Shown here: piece after piece, positions 57,108 through 64,000 of the stretch
Layout of the letters: every line of letters starts with the position of its first letter
How positions within the stretch are numbered: position 1 is the stretch's first letter
Source of the DNA: Bdellovibrionota bacterium
GTDB lineage: Bacteria > Bdellovibrionota_C > UBA2361 > JBIKWN01
Assembly (NCBI GenBank): GCA_044356295.1
Contig: JBIKWN010000005.1
Location: 1-64,000, forward strand
Reading direction: 5' to 3'
Length of the DNA: 64,000 bases
Program-made: the position numbers and the translations under genes
Notes under the pieces: model-generated
Seen by the model: the letters and a program-made list of their open reading frames with translations, nothing else
Database searches by the model: none
What the model was told of the DNA's origin: nothing

Positions 57108-58424
57108 ATGAAAGCTCGAATAGTCATCTGGCTTGGGTACGGTGATGAAGGGAAAGGGTCTTGGGTTGATTACTTGGTAAGAAAACACCAGGTCACTCAA
57201 GTTGTGCGATTCAATGGAGGTGCGCAAGCACTACACCATGTGGTGACGCTCGAGGGGCTTACCCACGGATTCGCACAATTTTCCTCTGGTACTTTGGTGC
57301 CGGGGGTTAAGACCCTCCTTTCCAAATTCATGTTGATTGAGCCAGAGAGTTTTTTTGCAGAGGCAGAGATGCTTTCCGCAAAAGGAATCGCTGATGTTGT
57401 TGAAAGAGTTATTATCAGTGAGAAATCACCGGTGATCACTCCTTTCAACAGATTACTCAATCGAATCATGGAGCGCTTTCGTGGAATAGAACGCCATGGA
57501 AGTTGCGGATTTGGAATCGGACTTACTCAAGCAGATGTAGAGTCGCTCAAAGATCGAGCACTCTATGTCAAAGATCTATCGTCATCTTCGACACTTCGGT
57601 CAAAGTTAAATGATCTGTGGAGTTTGAAATTAGATTTTGCTGATCGATTCAGAAATGAATCGACTGAAGATCTGTTTCATGCACTGCAGAACATTGACAT
57701 TGAACGATATGTTGAACTGTTCACACGGTTCGCTGAAGCGGTAAACGTTGTCAGCGAAGAGGAATTTCAAAAACTGCTTCGTGAAAACGAATCAGTCTTT
57801 GAAGGTGCACAGGGTGTTATGCTCGACCAAACGTATGGAACATTTCCGTTCTGCACGAGGTCGAATACGACATTCGAAAATGCATTGATGCTTCTTCGTG
57901 AAGCTGGGTGGCAGGGTACTATTGAGAGAATTGGACTTTTGAGGGCGTATGGAACCAGGCACGGTGCTGGTCCATTCCCAACAGAAGACTCTTCACTCAA
58001 CGTAGTACCTTGTCTTAATCAACTCAATGAATGGCAGGGGCAGTTCCGAACAGGATGGTTTGATGCAGTGTTAGCGCGCTATGCACTTGAATGTGTAGGC
58101 GATGTTGATACGTTAGTCATCACCAACTTTGATCGAATTGTTTCAGAACAAACTCTCCAGATCGCAGTTCGATATGGCAGAGTGAGTGATAGTCGTTTCT
58201 TTCGTGACGGACAGATGATTCCTTTTACGGGGGGTCTTCAAGAACTTGCGGAACGAACGACAATGCTAGCCGAAGTGGAACCTGACTATCTTGATGGTGG
58301 AGTCTATTCGCAAAACGATCCTGATTCGGTAAATCGATATCTGAAGCTCCTTGAAAAGAGTATCGGACGTCGAATTAACACTGTGTCATCAAGTATCGAT
58401 TGCAAAAAGATAGAGTTCGATTGA
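57108..58424 (+). CDS. Divergent adenylosuccinate synthetase homologue (atypical PurA family)
   Basis: LGYGDEGKG, VVRFNGGAQA.H, FEGAQG..LD..YG.FP..T.S, TRHGAGPFPTE, RTGWFD; AAGGA SD before MKARIV. Confidence 0.85.
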   Translation: MKARIVIWLGYGDEGKGSWVDYLVRKHQVTQVVRFNGGAQALHHVVTLEGLTHGFAQFSSGTLVPGVKTLLSKFMLIEPESFFAEAEMLSAKGIADVVERVIISEKSPVITPFNRLLNRIMERFRGIERHGSCGFGIGLTQADVESLKDRALYVKDLSSSSTLRSKLNDLWSLKLDFADRFRNESTEDLFHALQNIDIERYVELFTRFAEAVNVVSEEEFQKLLRENESVFEGAQGVMLDQTYGTFPFCTRSNTTFENALMLLREAGWQGTIERIGLLRAYGTRHGAGPFPTEDSSLNVVPCLNQLNEWQGQFRTGWFDAVLARYALECVGDVDTLVITNFDRIVSEQTLQIAVRYGRVSDSRFFRDGQMIPFTGGLQELAERTTMLAEVEPDYLDGGVYSQNDPDSVNRYLKLLEKSIGRRINTVSSSIDCKKIEFD

Positions 58425-58574
58425 TGAGATCAATTTGGCTTTATTCTTTGTATTCTTCATCAAAAAGGGAGGGGTTCTTAGCGACGGTTCTTCATTTGAG
58501 TTTATGGGATGCACTCGAGATTACTGCAAAGGTTTAAAAGTCAAAGCAGCTCTCAAAGCATCCCCTACCTTTCA

Positions 58575-58587
58575 GGGGACGCTCACC
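58575..58587 (+). repeat. GGGGACGCTCACC-family repeat copy
   Basis: GGGGACGCTCACC. Confidence 0.7.
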
Positions 58588-58628
58588 ATAACTTATTAAA
58601 ATTTCATCACCGCGGTCTGGTAGGAGTT

Positions 58629-58736
58629 TAACTATTATTTTTTTTTGTAACGCGAAGGACACGAAGTACGCGAAGGAATTAATTTAATCCTTCGCGTACT
58701 TCGCGACCTTCGCGTTACAAAAAATATCTTCAATTA
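58629..58736. repeat. Long palindromic repeat, copy 2 (left 108-bp direct repeat of the flagellin cassette)
   Basis: TAACTATTATTTTTTTTTGTAACGCGAAGGACACGAAGTACGCGAAGG...CCTTCGCGTTACAAAAAATATCTTCAATTA. Confidence 0.9.
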
Positions 58737-58752
58737 CTTTCTACCGAGCAAT

Positions 58753-58871
58753 AGTGACCTTTAGGGGACAGTGACCTTTAGGGGACGCTCACCTTTATAA
58801 GCCACTGTAATCACTTGGTAGGAATAAATTATCTCTAAAGATTTCAAACAGTTATAAAGGTGAGCGTCCCC
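58753..58871. repeat. 17-bp tandem duplication plus MITE-like 20-bp perfect inverted repeat
   Basis: (AGTGACCTTTAGGGGAC)x2 at 58753-58786; GGGGACGCTCACCTTTATAA (58781-58800) and TTATAAAGGTGAGCGTCCCC (58852-58871). Confidence 0.85.
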
Positions 58872-58882
58872 AAGATTCTGAT

Positions 58883-58909
58883 TAACTTTTTGGGCTAAGT
58901 AGTCGATCT
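58883..58909 (+). promoter_or_regulatory. Putative sigma28 promoter of flagellin
   Basis: TAACTTTT-N11-GTCGATCT, about 95 nt upstream of the flagellin ATG. Confidence 0.65.
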
Positions 58910-58980
58910 TACGTGTGATGAGAACCCTTTAAGGGGGATCTTGCGCCTGTGGCGTATTTAAAGAGTGTGTGTGTAAAAAA

Positions 58981-58996
58981 TGCAAAAGGAATTGCA
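58981..58996 (+). promoter_or_regulatory. Possible CsrA-binding hairpin over the flagellin Shine-Dalgarno
   Basis: TGCAA-AAGGAA-TTGCA: GGA in a hexaloop. Confidence 0.45.
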
Positions 58997-59003
58997 AACA
59001 TAA

Positions 59004-60860
59004 ATGCCAATCACGATCGCTAGCAACATAGCGTCGCTTGGTGCGCAACGACAACTTGGAAAAGTTTCCGAGTCGTTAGGTAGTACCTACGAGAGGCTCT
59101 CATCAGGAATGAGAATTAATAAAGCATCAGATGATGCTGCAGGGCTCGCAATTGCTTTAAGTCTGAATTCAGATACAAGAGTATTTACTCAAGCGGTAAG
59201 AAACTTAAATGATGGTATATCGTATCTATCAATCGCTTCTGGAGCACTTGATGCCCTTTCAACTATAGTCATTAGGCAGAAAGAATTAGCAGAGCAATCT
59301 GCAAATGGAACTGTTGGCCTCACGCAACGAAAAAGTATTCAACAAGAGTCAGATGCATTAACAAGAGAATATGCTCGTATTACTGCAACTGCTACGTTTA
59401 ATAATCGAAAAATATACGAAGATAATTCCAATAACTTACTATCGTTACAAACAGCCTATAGTGCGATTACATATAATCTTGGGCAGTCTCTTGCTGATTA
59501 TCGTGGTGATGGGACTTTCTCGAGTGGGACAACTGTGGATAGTGCTACATTTTTGGGGCAAGTAGTAATTGCGGACCTCAATAATGATGGGAAACAAGAT
59601 ATTATACAGGTCAGAGGTACTGGTGGAAATTTAAGGTATCAACTCGGAAATGGTGATGGAACTTTCCAAAGTGTCATTCAGCTTAGCACTGGAAATAGTC
59701 CAATTTCAGTATTAGTTGATGATTATAATAAAGATGGTTTCAAAGATTTTGCGATAGTAAATTCACAAGGTAATCTGCGTGTTGCTTTACAAAATAGCAA
59801 TGGAACTTTTGGAACTTTTGTTACTTATCAAGGTCCACTTGGAGCAAACACCATGCAGTTAACATCTGGTGATTTTGATGGTGATGGTATTACTGATCTT
59901 TTTTATCAACACGGAAGTTTTACAAGTTGGGTCTTAAGAGGAAATAGTGATGGTAGCTTTCAAGCCCCAGTGACTGCAGCTAGCACCCTTTTTAATAGTA
60001 CCGTAAAAGTTGCTGATTTTAATAACGATGGAAAATCTGATTTAGTTTCGATTACATCTGGAACACTAAGAACATTTACTTCGAATGGTGATGGCACATT
60101 CGCAGTAGGCGCAACAATCTTCTCTGGAATTACCGGTTCAGTTACAGCAGATGTAGGTGATTTTAACCGAGATGGAATTCAAGATATTGTTTATTCAGAT
60201 ACCACATCTGGGAGGGTATATCTTGCCATTGGTAATGCAAATGGAACTTTTCAAGCTTCTATATCATTCACATCTTCAGGTGCAAACCCAGGCTCCATAA
60301 CGACTGGGGATTATAATGGAGATGGATTAGCAGACATAAGTTATCTCACAACTGGTTCAACATCGTTAAGTATTCGTTTAGGTAATGGTGACGGTAGTTT
60401 TCGGGCAGAGACATCATCAGCAATAAGTACTAATGGATCATTTGCTTTTGGGGATGTAAATAATGATGGCTCTGTTGATCTTGTTTCAGTGAGATCCGAT
60501 TCCAATTCTAGTGCTCTGTATCTGCAAGGCACACGAACAGAATTTCAAGCAGACTATTTATATCTTTTAGACCAAAAGAGTGCCCGAAATGCCATCGATC
60601 AACTTGAAACAATTTTTAATAAAATTTCTCAAGAACGTTCAATAGTCGGTGCTTCTCTTTCTAGAATTTCAGTCGGTATACAGACGCTGTCGGATGCAGC
60701 GCTACAGTATAAAGCTGCTGAATCAAGGATAAGAGATATTGATGTTGCAGAAGAATCATCAGAACTTACGAAACAATCAATTCGCCAACAAGTTGCTGCT
60801 TCGATTCTTGGACAAGCTAATCAGCAGCCATCTTTGGCGCTTAGCCTCTTACGATCTTAA
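59004..60860 (+). CDS. fliC: Flagellin with seven FG-GAP/VCBS repeats in the variable region
   Basis: N-term ERLSSGMRINKASDDAAGLAIA; C-term AAESRIRDIDVAEES...QANQQP..ALSLL; central DxNxDGxxD repeats x7. Confidence 0.93.
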   Translation: MPITIASNIASLGAQRQLGKVSESLGSTYERLSSGMRINKASDDAAGLAIALSLNSDTRVFTQAVRNLNDGISYLSIASGALDALSTIVIRQKELAEQSANGTVGLTQRKSIQQESDALTREYARITATATFNNRKIYEDNSNNLLSLQTAYSAITYNLGQSLADYRGDGTFSSGTTVDSATFLGQVVIADLNNDGKQDIIQVRGTGGNLRYQLGNGDGTFQSVIQLSTGNSPISVLVDDYNKDGFKDFAIVNSQGNLRVALQNSNGTFGTFVTYQGPLGANTMQLTSGDFDGDGITDLFYQHGSFTSWVLRGNSDGSFQAPVTAASTLFNSTVKVADFNNDGKSDLVSITSGTLRTFTSNGDGTFAVGATIFSGITGSVTADVGDFNRDGIQDIVYSDTTSGRVYLAIGNANGTFQASISFTSSGANPGSITTGDYNGDGLADISYLTTGSTSLSIRLGNGDGSFRAETSSAISTNGSFAFGDVNNDGSVDLVSVRSDSNSSALYLQGTRTEFQADYLYLLDQKSARNAIDQLETIFNKISQERSIVGASLSRISVGIQTLSDAALQYKAAESRIRDIDVAEESSELTKQSIRQQVAASILGQANQQPSLALSLLRS

Positions 60861-60872
60861 GGGGGACGCTCA
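60861..60872 (+). repeat. GGGGACGCTCACC-family repeat copy
   Basis: GGGGGACGCTCA immediately after the flagellin TAA. Confidence 0.7.
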
Positions 60873-60879
60873 GATTTTA

Positions 60880-60987
60880 TAACTTTTATTTTTTTTTGTA
60901 ACGCGAAGGACACGAAGTACGCGAAGGAATTAATTTAATCCTTCGCGTACTTCGCGACCTTCACGTTACAAAAAATATCTTCAATTA
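60880..60987. repeat. Long palindromic repeat, copy 3 (right 108-bp direct repeat of the flagellin cassette); probable bidirectional terminator
   Basis: Two mismatches versus 58629-58736; lies between convergent genes. Confidence 0.9.
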
Positions 60988-61015
60988 TTTCTAGCATCAA
61001 TCAGCCAAATATGTT

Positions 61016-63037
61016 TTACCCGGTAAAAGTATAAACAATTTCAAGTGACATCGGATCTAAAAGAGCCCTCATCCAATCGGGTTGTTTCTCAATCTGCATA
61101 TTTAAATAATCGATAGATTCTTTCTTGGCCGGTAGTCCTTTGCGCAATCTATATCTCTGTTCCGCGGCTAACGGCTTATTACCATCAACCAGTACATTTG
61201 ACAGAGTTCTTCGAAACTGTGAAACCATGTCACTAGTACACCATGCTTGACCATGTGGTAAAAATATTGAGGCTGCTGCTGGTTCGAAGCAAGCTTCGGA
61301 TAATAAAATTTTTAGTTGAGATATTTCAAAAAGATTTAAATGAGATTCCCCCAGTATTGGACCATGTAAGACTCCTGATTTATGAAATAGATCGTATGTT
61401 AGTATTTCGAAAATCTTTTTAATTTTTCTTGGATCTATATTGCTGGATTCATCTGTGTTACGTTGCATAGCAATTCCTAAAGCTATCACCAGTAATCTAC
61501 GATGAGCAGAAAGTGTTATCTCACTGTCTTGAATAAGGCGTTTATACCAACTGGTATTATGAAAGAAACACGAGGGGTCTAGTTTTTCGATAACATTTGA
61601 AGATAGATCGCCTAATTGTACATACTTTTCAATCAGCTTGCGTGCATGTCGAAACCCTAAATCTCCTTTACTACGATTTACAATTTGATCTGCGGCAAAT
61701 GGTGAAACGTCAAATAAACTTTGTGCATATTGTAAAGGAGTAGGTGGGTTATCCTTATACTCGACAGCAGACATTATAGTTAGTGTACTTACCCGTTGGC
61801 CAAGTTCAAGATTTGAATCTGAAGCAATATCTGGTGGAAGAAAACATAGTAAGCTTTCTGAAATATTTTGACTAACGACACCAAGTTTAGATATACAAAA
61901 TTGTGTTGATTGTAGTTTGCCTTGAACAGATATATGGCTTGAGCCAAGCAAGATACTTTCGGCGTGCTTAATAGTTTTCAAACCAAAAAGTCGAAGTATA
62001 ATCTCAGTATCTTTGAATCCACAAAATTCCTGGATTTCTTTTCTGAAAAGCGCGCATGCACTTCTTCTTGCCCGAGAAAGAGCCAGGCGTTTAGGATCTA
62101 AATATAATTTCTCACTAGGATTTGGATTAAGTAATACGACCATTTTGTGAGCAAATGGATGAAATGCTACTTGGTTTAAATACCTTTCGAGACGGCTGGG
62201 GCTTAAGCTTTTGTGACCATAGATTATATCTCGTGCTGAACCAAATGTTAATTCAAAGCGAAGTGCAACTTCTCGAATTGCTGAGGCAAGCTTTGGGGCA
62301 TTATTACCATTAAAATGTCTATAAACTTCGAATGCAAATTCTTTCCTTAGCTCAACAATATCAGAAGGTAATTGCGAGGTAGAGTATTTTTTTGGTGATG
62401 ATGGTTTGGTAGGAAAGGTTTGAGGAATGCTTTGTGAGAAAATTTTAGCAAAGGTGTATCGAGCTTCCTTATCGCTACTCTCCAGCAGTTGAAGCGATAA
62501 ATTAGTTTCAAACAGATCAATTACCTCTTCACTTGAACGACTGTTACTTATACGACGACGAACTCTTGAAAGACGTGATTTATATTGAGTTAGATTTATA
62601 TTTAAATGAAATGCTCCTTCTTCATCCGAAAAACCAATAATATCTAGAAAAAGAACATTTTGATCGAGCGGGTTATGTATCCCAAGTGAGGCTAAAGTTT
62701 CACGTACAAGAGCATAATGTTCTCTGTTAAAATCAAAATTAGAAGTAGATGCATGTTTGGAACTAATTGGTTCGATTGAATCCGGAGCATCCAACTCGAT
62801 TGCATGTCGTGTTCTTTTTCTCTTTTCCCCCCTATGTTTATCAATCCCAATACTTTGGAAAGTACGAATCACTAAACCAGTTGCTGAGCCACCATCTTTA
62901 ACTTCATGCCCATTGAGCTTAAGCCACGCTTCACCTAAAGCATCCTCAGCATCTCGTAAGGGTACACCCGCCCTTATTAAAGATTGGATACGCTTATTTC
63001 CTGAACGGAGTAACTCTTCGGCGATATCTTCTTGCAT
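61016..63037 (-). CDS. ECF-sigma-like protein with ~500-aa uncharacterised C-terminal extension
   Basis: Region-2-like DAEDALGEAWLKL and region-4-like GFSDEEGAFHLNINLTQYKSRLSRVRRRI in the first ~165 aa. Confidence 0.6.
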   Translation of the reverse strand: MQEDIAEELLRSGNKRIQSLIRAGVPLRDAEDALGEAWLKLNGHEVKDGGSATGLVIRTFQSIGIDKHRGEKRKRTRHAIELDAPDSIEPISSKHASTSNFDFNREHYALVRETLASLGIHNPLDQNVLFLDIIGFSDEEGAFHLNINLTQYKSRLSRVRRRISNSRSSEEVIDLFETNLSLQLLESSDKEARYTFAKIFSQSIPQTFPTKPSSPKKYSTSQLPSDIVELRKEFAFEVYRHFNGNNAPKLASAIREVALRFELTFGSARDIIYGHKSLSPSRLERYLNQVAFHPFAHKMVVLLNPNPSEKLYLDPKRLALSRARRSACALFRKEIQEFCGFKDTEIILRLFGLKTIKHAESILLGSSHISVQGKLQSTQFCISKLGVVSQNISESLLCFLPPDIASDSNLELGQRVSTLTIMSAVEYKDNPPTPLQYAQSLFDVSPFAADQIVNRSKGDLGFRHARKLIEKYVQLGDLSSNVIEKLDPSCFFHNTSWYKRLIQDSEITLSAHRRLLVIALGIAMQRNTDESSNIDPRKIKKIFEILTYDLFHKSGVLHGPILGESHLNLFEISQLKILLSEACFEPAAASIFLPHGQAWCTSDMVSQFRRTLSNVLVDGNKPLAAEQRYRLRKGLPAKKESIDYLNMQIEKQPDWMRALLDPMSLEIVYTFTG

Positions 63038-63188
63038 TCAAAAAACTAAGTAAAAATACGTTAATTGATAGAGAGATTTATATCAGAAGAATTATCCTTA
63101 ACATAAAAAAAGAGAAAAAAATTGATTTATCACCAATTATCTTTGCGCTTTTGCTTGAGTAAGACTCAATGTACTCTATCTAGAAATC

Positions 63189-64000
63189 ATGGCCCAATCA
63201 CTCAGTCTTATCCCACAGCTCCTCATCAATGGCCTTATTACAGGTAGTATCTATGCTTTAGCAGCTGCTGGTTTGACGCTGACTTATGTCTCGTTTCGAG
63301 TGCTCAATTTTGCACACGGAGCATTAGTCATGATTGGAGCATATTTATTTTATGCAGTTTTTATTCTTCGAGACGTAACATCACTTCTGCCCATAGTTCT
63401 TTTTCTACTCATAAGTGGTTTTATACTGTCTAGGTTTATTGATAGATGTTTTATAGCCCCATTTTCCAAAGTTCATCCGATTCTTCCTTTTGTTTCAACA
63501 CTTGCATTGGCGATATTAACTGAAGCAAGTGTTTCAATGATTTTTGGAGTCAATGTTCTTTCTCTTTCTACAGAGATGAGTGATCTGATAGTTCTTCCTT
63601 TAGATCTCTCACTCACTGTTATGCAAGGATACTTTGTTGTTGTGAGTTTAATGACTCTTTGTGCTTTAGCACTCTACTTAAACAAAAGTCTCTTTGGAAA
63701 ACAGTTACTTGCACTTGCAGAATCACCAACGTATTTAGCTTCACTTGGTATATCTATTGACAACCGTCGAAGCGTTACTTTTTTTCTCGCTGTTGTTTTA
63801 GCATTTTTTGCCGGAATATTTTTAGGATTCGAAACAAATCTGCAACCAATGATGGGAAGCTCCATTATGATTAAAGCATTTGCCGCAATGGTATTGGGCG
63901 GTATGACTTCCCTGAGTGGAGCAATATTTGGAGCGTATCTCTTAGCAATTATTGAATCGTTAATGATCGGGTTAGATTTCGGAGCATTCTCGGTGCCTGC
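63189..64000 (+). CDS. livH: Branched-chain amino acid ABC transporter permease, 3'-truncated by window edge (absent from the ORF track)
   Basis: Manual translation: QLLINGLITGSIYALAAAGLTL...LNFAHGALVMIGAY ... KAFAAMVLGG.TSLSGAIFGA. Confidence 0.9.
   Translation, partial: MAQSLSLIPQLLINGLITGSIYALAAAGLTLTYVSFRVLNFAHGALVMIGAYLFYAVFILRDVTSLLPIVLFLLISGFILSRFIDRCFIAPFSKVHPILPFVSTLALAILTEASVSMIFGVNVLSLSTEMSDLIVLPLDLSLTVMQGYFVVVSLMTLCALALYLNKSLFGKQLLALAESPTYLASLGISIDNRRSVTFFLAVVLAFFAGIFLGFETNLQPMMGSSIMIKAFAAMVLGGMTSLSGAIFGAYLLAIIESLMIGLDFGAFSVP

Noticed and set aside
57108..58424. PurZ (Z-genome 2-aminoadenine synthase)
   Set aside because: The Asp in GDEGKG is retained where PurZ has Ser, and no phage genes or adjacent DatZ/MazZ are visible.
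54980..60872. Canonical integron attC sites
   Set aside because: The repeats lack RYYYAAC...GTTRRRY ends and no intI is present; kept only as a cassette-like analogy.
63674..63865. 63-aa minus-strand ORF
   Set aside because: Shadow of the plus-strand livH permease that runs off the window end.

Overview
AT-rich bacterial chromosomal window. A deltaproteobacterial/Bdellovibrionota-like host is inferred only from gene style, not from a marker analysis. 1-12.6 kb: housekeeping genes (TrhO-type rhodanese, aminotransferase, psd, BON protein, beta-carbonic anhydrase, type-2 ValRS, SOD, LD-carboxypeptidase) plus a tandem pair of orphan pseudo-receiver genes. 12.7-29.6 kb: a flagellar cluster (fliK-like, motA, two short motB-like genes, fliLMNOPQR, an inserted CDF transporter, flhBAFG, fliA, a hybrid kinase) with readable sigma54 and sigma28 promoters. 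29.6-53.6 kb: mixed metabolic genes (rlmC, fur family, nadB, ribD, greB, rlmD, aroB, aroD, SNF2 helicase), orphans, and a divergent ACT-regulator/acetyltransferase pair separated by two operator-like palindromes. 53.7-63.1 kb: an accessory region after tRNA-Asp with no integrase. It holds a degenerate vWA-like gene, a BrnA-like antitoxin with a broken nucleotidyltransferase, a DUF4143-type ATPase, a divergent adenylosuccinate-synthetase homologue with a rewritten substrate loop, a flagellin carrying seven FG-GAP/VCBS repeats, and an ECF-sigma-like protein with a long extension. Two repeat families punctuate this region: an ~85-bp CGCGAAG palindrome and a GGGGACGCTCACC motif. The flagellin and its own sigma28-like promoter lie between 108-bp direct repeats. 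The best novelty candidates are this repeat-bounded beta-propeller flagellin cassette, the non-canonical PurA/vWA module, the two-gene MotB and the ACT-regulator locus. All family assignments come from motif recognition by eye; no database searches were run.
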